A stretch of 64,000 nucleotides of DNA from Octopus sinensis (Eukaryota). The stretch spans positions 21,638,001-21,702,000 of the forward strand of contig NC_043000.1 in NCBI RefSeq assembly GCF_006345805.1. The letters run 5' to 3'. Below the pieces are notes generated by a model. That model did no database searches and was not told the origin of the DNA. It worked only from the letters and a program-made list of their open reading frames with translations. A program made the translations under genes and the position numbers. Shown one piece after another: positions 25,940 to 37,500 of this stretch (positions are counted from its first letter, which is position 1; every line of letters begins with the position of its first letter).

Positions 25940-26167
25940 TTTATTTATTTACGGTCACAATACATGTATTAAAGTGCTACTAGCAGTTCCATCTGGTGTG
26001 AGAACTCAAATATATTCTTCAGGTGCAAACTACAGATAATGAACTAAAGAAATTGAATATAATTTTATACACACACACACACACCTGAAGAATATGTTTG
26101 AGTTCTCTCAACATATGGAACTGTTAGTAGCAATTTAATATATGTATTGTGACCTTGAATAAATAAA
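25940..26167. mobile_element. Foldback (~85-bp arms) carrying degenerate hammerhead motifs
   Basis: 25940-26025 is the reverse complement of 26081-26167. The + arm reads CUGAAGA-AUAUGUU...AACAUAU-GGAACUGUUAGUA. Confidence 0.65.
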
Positions 26168-26189
26168 GCCAACTTTCTCTATTCTTCCA

Positions 26190-27710
26190 ATTCTGTCTTG
26201 ACAATGGTGTTACTCCAGAACAGTGGAAAACTGCCAGTGTCATCCCTCTGTTCAAAAAAGGCGACCGCACATCGTCTGTCAACTATCGCCCCATCAGTCT
26301 TACTAGCTGCATCGCCAAACTGATGGAATCCTGTATCAGAGAAACCCTCTGGAACTTCTGGAAGTCTCACAGCCTCATCCAGCCGTCACAATTTGGATTT
26401 ATTCCTAACTCCAGCTGCTGTAATCAACTCATCGAGTTTCTTGAGGACGTTACCCAAATCACTGATCGCGGATCCTGGGTGGATGTTGTTTACCTGGACT
26501 TTGCTAAGGCTTTTAACTCTGTGCCACACAAAAGACTTATGGTGAAGCTTTCTGCGTTGGGTGTAAGAGACGAACTCTATAACTGGTTAAAGTCCTTTAT
26601 TTTCAGCCGAAAAGAGGTTGTCACAGTTCTAGGACAGCACTCTTCGCCCTATGAGATGACATCTGGTGTGCCGCAGGGATCTGTTCTTGGCCCCCTTTTA
26701 TTTGTTGCATATGTTAATGACATAGATGCCAACTTAAAGAATGCCACAGTACTGAAATATGCAGATGACATCAAGCTGTACCTCGAAATAAAGAGGTCAA
26801 ATCCTGTACACTATGGATCTCTATTGCAAGCAGACCTGGACACAATGCAGCAGTGGATCATGGACTGGCAACTCAAGCTGGCTGTGGACAAATGTACCAC
26901 CATGCATTTTGGGAGGAGAAACCCAGCGTCCACCTACTCCCTCCACAACACTAGTCTCAAAAAGTCTTCAAGTGAACGTGACCTGGGTGTTATTGTCGAC
27001 AGTGATTTGCGTTGGACAAAACACATCGCTAAAATTGTCAAGAAGGCTGAGGGTGTCTTGGCATCACTCACCAAATCCTTTGTGAGCCGCTCTCCGGCTA
27101 TCTATCTGCGGCTTTATATAGCTATGGTAAGACCTCACCTGGAATTTGCATCACCGGTCTGGAACCCCTATCTTGCCCAGGACATCAATCGTCTGGAAGC
27201 TGTTCAGCGACGTGCAACCAAAAGAATACCCTCCATCAGGCATTTGCCATATCCTGAACGCCTTACTTCCCTGGGCATGGACACATTGAAACTCCGACGT
27301 CTGGCAGCTGACTTGGCAGACACCCATAAAATTATCAACCATCGCACAAACAATAACTCTGAGCACCTCTTCAAACTCCACCTATCTAACACCCGTGGAC
27401 ATATTTACAAAGTAAGAAAACAGCACAGCTCCCATGACTTCAGGAAACATTTTTTCACGCTGAGAGTTGCTGAAGCGTGGAACAAACTGCCGGTATCTGT
27501 TGTTAGTTGTCGGAGCACTGCATCTTTCAAAACTTCCATGCTTCCTGAGATTCGCCAACACTACACTTAATTTTCTCCCCTCCATACACACACAAGCATG
27601 TTCACTTTCCAGACATTTCTACATTACTGCATGTACTTTATATGCACTTTCTGACAAGTTGTGGTGCACCTGAGCACTGTATACAATAATTTCATTATTA
27701 TTATTATTAT
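26190..27710 (+). mobile_element. 5'-truncated CR1-type LINE; RT ORF 26323-27570 uninterrupted
   Basis: NYRPISLT, QFGF, YLDFAKAF, SGVPQGSVLGPLLF, KYADD and RPHLEFASPVWNP motifs; (ATT)n tail. Confidence 0.95.
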
Positions 27711-27712
27711 AT

Positions 27713-27748
<36 letters not shown>

Positions 27749-27754
<6 letters not shown>

Positions 27755-28133
27755 CAAAATAGCAACAAGTATATCCAAAGTAGAGCAGTACAATTGTTTC
27801 ATGCTTCTTCATTTTATTAAACACTGTAAATATTACATCAGTTTTAAAATGTCGAGCAATCTTCAGCCAAAAATAGAGATAAGAATGTGCATTGTCCGTT
27901 TGACTGGCAAATTCTATAAGTGGCTGAAGATTGCTCGACATTTTAAAACTGATGTAATACTTACAGTGTTTAATAAAATGAAGTAGCATGAAACAATTGT
28001 ACTGCTCTACCTCAGATATACTTGTTGCTTATTTTGATTATAATCACCCCATTTGATTTATATGGATAATACCATACAAAATTCTGGTGCCTTTGACTTA
28101 AGTAGCATATTCATCTGAATCAAAATTTTGCTG
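27749..28133. mobile_element. Penelope-like foldback insert in (TA)n with two inverted hammerheads
   Basis: Arms at 27749-27869 and 27921-28042. The + arm has CUGAAGA (27924-27930), UGCU/AGCA stem II and GAAACAAUUGUA (27990-28001). Confidence 0.78.
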
Positions 28134-28488
28134 ATATATATATATATATTGTATGTTTATATATTTATTGGCTAAACTGGCAAAATGACCATTCTGAAAT
28201 ATAACAAGATATATATATATCTTTTCGCTTTTATCCTTCAAAACGTAGAGTAGATGAAACCGTAGCGACTGAAGAAGGGGTTTTTTCTTTGTGTTAATTG
28301 TCTTGTACTCTATTTTTTTGTTGTTTTTAAAAAAATGTCCAGTTCCTTTGGTTTGTGTCTATGTTTTCGTTTCTCATTGTGTTCGACATCCCTTTGGTGT
28401 CCTGTACTCATATATGCATGTATATGTACATGTAGAGGTAGGTACGTACATATAAGTTTATATATATGCATATGTTTTATTTCATTTA

Positions 28489-28566
<78 letters not shown>

Positions 28567-29127
28567 TGGTAGGGAGGCGGCAGTGTATAAGGCTGATAAA
28601 ATTTATGCAAACTATAGACTGATTTAACCCAAATCTGAATGTGAAGTAATCTAAGAAATATGTGGTTGGTTGGTTGGAAGCAAACTGTAGATTACTATGG
28701 GTGATTATGGCAACACACTCTCACCTTCTGGCTTTTCTGTTTGATCTATTATCGGCCCAGTTTTGCAATTTCCTGCCTGTTATTCTTATTACCACTCTAG
28801 TTTCTCTGACTGCTGATTGAAGAACCAAAAATATTTTGAATTCATTTCCTCTCCTCTTTCCCCACTCAGATTTTCTGAAAGTTAAATAGGTTTGTAGCTA
28901 AACAATTAAGGATAGTGTTATGCTATGGAATTTCATCTTAATCTGATGAATTTGCTGTAACTTTAGCAAAACAAAAAAAGAAAAGAAAGAAAAATGTGAA
29001 AAAGTTATCTTTTAAAATTTTTACATTTAAAAAATTTTCTTTTCTTTTAGTGTTAATTGTAGAAACTACAACTATTGTTTGTTTGTATTTTTAGTATTTA
29101 TTTATTTATTTATTTATTTTATTTAAG

Positions 29128-29185
29128 ATGTCTCCAAGCTGATTCCTGGAGGGTTGTAAGTGCTGCTGATGACAAAACTATCAAA
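29128..29185 (+). CDS. F-box/WD40 exon 11 (CLQADSWRVVSAADDKTIK)
   Basis: AAG/GTAAGC boundaries; phase 2 to 0. Confidence 0.93.
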
Positions 29186-32100
29186 GTAAGCTTATTAACA
29201 TTGCCTTCAGATTATTTTCAGTTTCTTTATTTTCTGTTCTGTTTCACCCTTGTTCTGAATTCAAACTCCCATTCAACACATCCATATTCTCCACTTACTA
29301 TTTTGGGGTGGGTAGAGCTTTCAGACACCTTGTCCATGAAGTCCTATCACAAGCAACCACCATTCTTTTCAACTCAAGGCACAAGACCCAAAATTTTTGG
29401 AGAGGGGCGGGGGGGGGGCACTTGATTAGATTGACCCCAGTACGTGACTGGTACTTAATTTATTAACCATGAAAGGACGAAAGGTAAAGTCAACCATGGT
29501 GGAATTTGAACTCAGAATATAAAGACAGACGAAATACCTATTTCTTTACTACCCACAAGGGGCTAAACACAGAGGGGACAAACAAAGACAGACAAACGGA
29601 TTAAGTCAATTACATCGATCCCAGTGCGTAACTGGTACTTAATTTATCAACCCCGAAAGGATGAAAGGTAAAGTCAACCATGGCGGAATTTGAACTCAGA
29701 ATATAAAGACAGACGAAATACTGCTAAGCATTTCGCCCAGTGTGCTAACGTTTCTGCCAGCTTGCCACCTTACGAGCAACCACCATGACTCTTTGCAGCC
29801 AGATTCCCAAGCATGACCAATTAAGTTTATGGATATCGTCCAACCATCTCGTTCTTGGTTGCCCCTGGGTCTCTTGCTGGTTGGCTTGACTTTGATAACC
29901 TGTCTTGTGACATACTAATTGGAGGTGCTAGCATGGCTGTGTGATAAGAGGCGTGGGTGATGGCGGAGGATGCGGTCACAAGCGATGTTGGGGAGGAATA
30001 TGGATAAGAGGCTTAGGTGCCTCATTTTGTTATTGAATTGTGAACAATGTAAGAGGTTTGCTGCCTCACGAATAATATAAGGGATCAATGTTCTCGGGGA
30101 AAAAAGAAACGATCGGCAGGCGTCGCTTTTCCCCCCATTAATCATCATTTTCATTTTTCATTTCATATAACATTATGTCTGTGTCCAGCTCACAGCTTCC
30201 TTTCTCAATGTAAGGCCTTTATGGCCAATATAATGAAATGAAGAAGTTTGCTCCCCAACTGCTTGGTTCCAGGTTCAGTTCCAGGGTGTGGCACCTTGAG
30301 AAAGTGTCTTCTACTATAGCGTTGAGCTGACCAAAGCCTTGTGAACAGATAGTGAATGGAAACTAAAATTTGTGTGTTCATATTTATCCTCCCACCATCT
30401 TGTAGTGGCTGCTTTTTACGTGTCACCAGCACGGGGCCAGTCAGGTGGTACTGGCAACAACCTCGCTCGAATCTTTTTACACATGCCACCAGCACAGGTG
30501 CCAGTAAGGCAACGCTGGTAATGATCACGCTCGAATGGTGCCTTTTACGTGCCACCGGCATGGAAGCCAGTTAGCTGCTCTGGCAACGATCACACTCAGA
30601 TGGTGCTCTTGGCACGTGAATTCCAAATGCTAGAAATAACAGTTCCACCTGGAGAGACTTCTTGATCTCCCCAAGTAGTTAGGGTGTTGCACTCACAGTC
30701 ATAAGATTGTGGTTTCAATTCCTGGACCAAGCACTGCATTGTGTTCTTGAGAAAAGCACTTCATTCCTTGTGGCTCCAATCCACTCAGCTGTGAATGAGT
30801 TCCAGCAATCACTGGGCAGTTAACTCTGTGACTGACCAGCAACATGCTAACCACCAAGCTATGTGCCCTTATTAACTAAAACTAAACAAAAAATATTGTC
30901 ACCACCAGGAAAATTACAAGATTTAATATTTGAGGGAGTAATGTTACACCACAGGGTGTGTAGCTTGGAGATCAAGGAGTCTGGTACTACAGATATCATA
31001 TTAGAATGTTGCAGGAAAGAATCACAAGATGGATTATTTTAGCCAAGCCATATCGCCAGACACAGATAATGGGCACCTGTGCCAGGTCACATTGATGGGG
31101 AAGGGGAGGCAATCTCAGTCACCTGTGCAGTGAAAATCGGGTTACGTTCCAGCTTTGAGTCCTAGGACTTGTGACTGGTCTACGTAAGCAACCACTATAA
31201 AGGGACAATGCCAATGTGATTTTCAGGCCATCCAAACTGGTCAACCTGATGTGGTTGACGTTTAGTTTGAACAGTTATAGATCAACATCTTTAGAGCAAA
31301 ATCCAGGTTGGAAAGTATTCCAAAAGGTTGGAATTCTAGAGAGACTGGACACAGAAGTTAATGTGGAGCCTTATTGGAAGCAACATAGAATGGCTGACAA
31401 GAAGGAAGATGGATGGACATAGTTGGCAGGCCATTGTAGTAGTTTTAGAAGAGGCAGTGTGTCTGTGTCCTGGAGGTTTTGTGAGTTTGTGAGTAATTCC
31501 TTGCCAATCAGTTGGATTGACCACCTTTTGGATGCAGTCCAGGATGATTTTGTTTGTACCAGCAACAGTATCATCCACGACTGAGGTGAAATCCTCTCGT
31601 GTGCATTTCGCTTGAGCTTTGAAGACAGCAGTTGTTCAGAGCTGAGGTATTTTATGGATCTGAAGAGGAAGGCTAGTCTTTTGGATATAGTTTTTGTAGC
31701 AACTTTGTCTTAATTACATGGAGCCAAAAACTGAAGTGGCATAATGTAAAAACCAAACCTGTACTGGGGTTGATCCAGTCTGTTGTGCATTCTCTTACAA
31801 ATCTGTGGCTTTATGACAATGTAACAATTAAGTATCAAATTCGATGACTGGCATCCGTGCTAGTGGAGCGCTAAGAGCACCATCTGAGTGTGATCGTTGC
31901 CAGAGCAGCTAACTGGCTTCTGTGCTGGTGGCACGTAAAAAGTACCATTTGAGCGTGATCGTTACCAGTGTTGCCTTACTGGCACTTGTGCCGGTGGCAT
32001 GTGAAAAAACATTCGAGCAAGGTCATTGCTAGTGCTGCTGGACTGGCTCCTGTGCAGGTGGCACATAAAAAAACACCATTTGAGTGTGGCCATTGCCAGT

Positions 32101-33572
32101 ACTGCCTGACTGGCCCTCGTGCCAGTGGCACATAAAAGCACCCACTACACTCTCGGAGTGGTTGGCATTAGGAAGGGCATCCAGCTGTAGAAACTCTGCC
32201 AGATCAGATTGGAGCCTAGTGCATCCATCTTGTTCGCCAGTCCTCAGTCAAATCATCCAACCCATGCTAGCATGGAAAGCGGACATTAAACGATGATGAT
32301 GATGATGATATTTAGTTTAGGCTTACCTTTGAGGTTACAATATTATCTTTGGTACTTTGTAGAATTTTGGAATTTGACTTCAGGAAACATTTAATCTAAA
32401 CATCATCATTATCAACATCATTTAGTATCCTTGTTCCATAATGGCATAGGTCGGATGGTTTGACAGGATCCAGTTAGCTTGGAGGCTGTGGTGGGTATCA
32501 TTGTCTGCTTTGGCCAAATTTCTATGGCTGGAAGCCCTTCTTAATGCCAACCACTGAAAAAGCAAGACCCCCTTCACAGAGTGGATGTGCAGTACTGAGG
32601 GAGGTGGCATTGTATCACGTGTAGAGAAGCTAAAGTAGGAAAGTGAGATAGGGATGTTTGTCTTGCTGTAGAGATGCATGGGCACCCCAACAGGAACGGG
32701 AGTAAAGATAGTGGAGGTGAGGTTATCTGGGAGGATTCTCAAGGTATAAGAAGGGGCGATAAGGCGGTAAGCTGGCAGAATCGTTAGCATGCCGGGCAAA
32801 ATAGGTATTTCGTCTGCCACTACGTTCTGAGTTCAAATTCTGCCGAGGTCGACTTTGCCTTTCATCCTTTCGGGGTCGATTAAATAAGTACCAGTTACGC
32901 ACTGGGGTTGATATAATCAACTTAATCCATTTGTCTGTCCTTGTTTGTCCTCTCTGTGTTTAGCCCCTTATTTTCTTATTTTCAGTTTCTGACATGTTAT
33001 ATTTATTTTTAGGTGCATGGCCTTAGTATTTACATTGTTGGATTCGTGATCAGAAGGCTGTTGGTTCAATTCTTGAACCAGGTAGAGTGTTGTGTTCTTG
33101 AGCAAGGCACTTTATTTTTACATTGCTCCAGTCTATTCTGTTATAAATGCGTAGCAGCCAGGTGCTGGTGCAACCCCACCCCATTAACATCCTTGATGTA
33201 ATACAGGGGCAAGATTGAAAGGGCCAAGAAGGTGTTTATGTTTGTGACTTCACTATCATTTTAACATCCACTTTATCTATGCTCACTGAGGCAGATTTTC
33301 TGTGGACAGATGCTCTTCCTGTTGCCAACCTTCACCTGTTTCCAAGTCCGGATCCATGGCGGACATGTTTATACCGAATATCAATCATTTACGACTATCA
33401 CGTGATGTCAAGATGTAGAAATGTACACACACATGCATATACAATAAATATATATTCCAGGCTTCTTTCAGTTTCTGTCTACAAAATCCACTCACAAGGC
33501 CTTGGTGGGCCTGATTCATTTTCTGAAGAAATTATATATGAATTTTTTTTGTTGCATTTTTCTTTTGTACAG

Positions 33573-33716
33573 GTATGGAACTTGGAGACAGGAAAACGAC
33601 TGATAACTCTACGAAATCATTCTGATGGTGTCACTTGTTTGCAGTTTAGTGACTTCATTATAGTGTCTGGTTCCTACGATAAAACAGTAAAGCTTTGGGA
33701 CTTCAGTTGTTGCTGA
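33573..33716 (+). CDS. F-box/WD40 last coding exon (VWNLETGKRLITLRNHSDGVTCLQFSDFIIVSGSYDKTVKLWDFSCC*)
   Basis: CAG acceptor, WD40 repeat 7 and TGA stop. The 12 exons total 1308 nt (435 aa plus stop). Confidence 0.95.
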   Translation, partial: VWNLETGKRLITLRNHSDGVTCLQFSDFIIVSGSYDKTVKLWDFSCC

Positions 33717-33819
33717 CGAGAACATTTATTTAATGTCTTCAAACTTATGTGTGTATATGTGTACTTGCACATGTATACTTTTTTTTCTGTTCTTGTTGCT
33801 CTCTGTTTACTATCATCAA

Positions 33820-33850
<31 letters not shown>

Positions 33851-34512
33851 CATCTGTCTTTCTTAATTTACTCCAAGAACAATTCTTTCTCTATGATCTC
33901 TGAAGGTCAGTTTTCCAAATTAATATTTCGAAAGCTTTCCATGATACTCTTTACCAATCTTCTTTGAACAATTTGCTTAGCTACTGAACAATCAATGTAG
34001 TGAGTTTTGATAAATTCTCAACTCTTTCTTTTTGAAAAATATTTTATTTATATCATTTGCCTTAGAACTGGTTTATTAAACCTCCATGTTAATTACTGTC
34101 TAAGATTTTGATTTAACTTTTTCACTCTCAAATGTAATTAATAGTTGTCTTGTAACTTGTATTTAACATTAATTTTTTGTTACGGTAATAAGAGCAATTT
34201 TTATGGTAGCGCCATCTCAATATCAATTGATTTCAAGCTTATCTATGGTTCTCATCCAGTTATTTCCTGCTGGTTACTACTGTTGATAATTTATTGTAAA
34301 ATGAATTGCTATTTCATTAATACTAATTAAAATAGCCTTTCTGAGCTTTTCAGTCAACTTCCATGCCTGTTTAATAAAGTTTATAATGCAAGTTCTCTGT
34401 GGTTCAGTTTGGAAAAAGGATTTCTTTATGTGAAAATATCAAGTGTTCCTCTTGACTTTTCTGCTTTTTCTCCTTTCTCTCTCTCTCTCTCTTTCTCATA
34501 TATATATATATT

Positions 34513-34556
<44 letters not shown>

Positions 34557-37500
34557 ACTATGGTGGTGCTCCAGCATTACCACAGCTGCATGGCTGAAAC
34601 TAGTAAAAGAATAAAAGAATATATATTTATATATATATTACATATAAGAGGGATGACCACTAAGTGGACATCCATTATGCTAGAAGTCGACCCTCACCCT
34701 TATTTTAAATTTATATATATACATATTTATATATATATATATATATATTTTTTTTTTGTTTTTGTTTTGAAAGACGATTTATTTATTATTTACATTGAAT
34801 TTTGAGAATTCGAGTTATACATTTATTTAAATTAAATTTCTGTAAATAAGGAATAAAATTTAACAAAATTTCCCGTAACAGGCTGACATGAACAAAGCAG
34901 AAGGTTCAAATCAGAAATATTTACAAAATCATTTTTTGTTTTTGTTTTTTTTTAATCTATTTATTTATTGCGATGTCTTTAAGGTGTATCTTTTAATCTT
35001 ACACTGCACAACAAATCAATTGAATGTGGTTCAATCACCGCCAATTACTAAACAATCTGTGTTAATGTGTATAAAAATGAATAATTAAAAAAGCTGAGAT
35101 GTGAAAATAAAACTAAGGTTTTAAGTCAGTTACTATGCAGTTTTATTACTCGTGTGCTACTTAAATAAAAAAAAATGCAATAGTTTTGTAATTAGTTGTA
35201 ATTATGTACTTTGTTTTAACTGTCTGGAGTGGAATTAATAGCTTAGAATTTGGAATCCAACTTTCAGTGTTAAAGCAAAAATATGGCACCCAGAGATTTT
35301 CTGTGAAAATAGATATTTGAATGTTGTGTGAAGAAAAATATGGAATCCTATAGTTGCTTCACTTTAAAGGCTTAGATATTGTGAGCTGTAAAACTAAATT
35401 GAGCATTAATTCTTCCATACTTTCCATTTGAAATTTTTCTTTTTTTTTTTTAATCAAAAGTAGATTATTTTCTCTGTAGTTCCATCCAAGTGTGTTGTTT
35501 ATTTCACTCCAAATAGTCTTTTGTTCAAAAATGTTTGTTACTATTGTATATAAACAAGCATAAGCTCCGCAAATCAGGTGAACTCTTGTTATATGTATTT
35601 AAAAAAAAAATTCAGAATTATAAATTTTACTAAAATAAAGAAAATCAAACTTAGAATTTTTTTTTTGTTTGTTTTCAAGTTGTTTTTCTTGTTTATTTTT
35701 TTATTTTTTACATTTTTTGTAAAAATTTTTGTGTTCTTCAAAATCTACTTCAATAAGACCAACCTGGTTGTGAGTGCTTTGCTTTCTTTTTATTTTATTT
35801 TTTTTTAAAGATTTCTGTCATTATCTGTAATATATTTAGATAAGTTGTACATTTTCTTGTGCTGGATTTCAATAAATATAAAATATTTTAACATTATTAA
35901 GAGTTCAATTGCTTTTTTAAAACTTTTCTCTGTTATAAAGTAAGTAACCAAATCCTCATCATTTAACGTCCACTTTTTCATGCTTGCATGCATCAGACAG
36001 AATCTACTGAGGCTGATTTTCTATGGCTGGATTCCTTTTGTGTCTCCAACCCTTACCTGCTTTCAGGAAAAGTAATATTTCCCATAGCCAGACATGTTTT
36101 TCACAGAAGACTGGAAACAAACAATATGCTCATTTACAACCATCACATCATGTCAGTATGAGGGTGTACACAAACACTATAATCTCAAGTGGTGCCACAT
36201 AAAAGCACGCAGCACACTCTGTAAAGTGGTTGCCATCAGGAAAGGCATCCAGCTGTAGAAACCATGCCAAATCAGACTGGAGTCTGATACAGCTTGCCAG
36301 CTCTGGTCAAACCATCCAACCCATTCCAGCATGGATAATGGATGATATATAGGCATAGGAGTGGCTGTGTGGTAAGTAGCTTGCTTACAAACCACATGGT
36401 TCTGGGTTCAGTCTCACTGCGTGGCACCTTGGGCAAGTGTCTTCTACTATAGCCTCGGGCAGACCAAAACCTTGAGTGGATTTGGTAAATGGAAACTGAA
36501 AGAAGCCTGTCGTGTATATATGTGTGTGTGTTTGTCCCCCCAACATCACTTGACAACCGATGCTGGTGTGTTTACATCCCCGTAACTTAGCAGTTCAGCA
36601 AAAGACACAGAATAAGTACCAGGCTTAGAAAGAATAAGTCCTGGGATCGATTTGCTCAACTAAAGGTGGTGCCACAGTCAAATGACTGAAATAAGTAAAA
36701 GAGAGTATATACATAAATGGTGATATATGTGAGGTAGACCCAGGAAGGAATGACCTTTGAATGTTGAGCTTCACACTAGTGATGACTTGTGACAGACTTT
36801 TGGCGATATGCTGTGCTTGATAAGACTCAAGCCAAGTGAAATGGTAGTCATGGCCAGGGTCATGTAATTAGCACCTGTGAAATCATAGTTGTGGCCATTG
36901 CTGATGTCATGTTAATGGCACCCATGCTTGTGACATGTAAAAAGCACCCATTACAATCTTGGAGTAGTTGGAAGGGCATCCAGCTATAGAAACCATACCA
37001 AATCAGATTGAAACCTGGTGCAGCTTACCAGTTCCAGTCAAACTGTCTAACCCATGCCAGCATGGAAAGCAGACATTAAGTAATAATGATTTTATATATA
37101 TATATATATAGATCGGTAGCCACTACACACATTTTTTTTTCTCCTTGTTTTTTGTGTCCCTTTCTGTAGAAGAGCATAGGCTCGAAACATAAAAGACTTT
37201 TTCAATTCATGAGCGTTATATTAATACATCTGTTTGTTCTGTACACCACCTGTCTTCGTCTTTTTTGTTGGTTTTTTTTTTTTTGTGAACTCTCCCCCTA
37301 TATATATATATTATCATAATCATTTAACATCCGTGTTCATAGGTGGGATGGTACCACAAGAGCTGGCCAGGCCGAAGCCTGCATCAGACTTCTGTGACTG
37401 TTTTGGCAGGATTGGATGCCTTTTCTAACACCAACCACTCAGCAGAATAGACTTAGTGCTTTTTATGTGGCACAAGCCCAGGTGAGGTCAGTTTTAGCAA

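Noticed and set aside
28222-28290. CUGAAGA near CCTTCAAAACGTAG as a permuted hammerhead
   Set aside because: No GAAA and no convincing stems I and III.
33279-33572. 5' part of the 145-aa ORF
   Set aside because: Intronic repeat sequence upstream of the true acceptor at 33572.
34370-35170. Polyadenylation signal of the F-box gene
   Set aside because: Several AATAAA hexamers in AT-rich DNA; cannot choose among them without transcript data.
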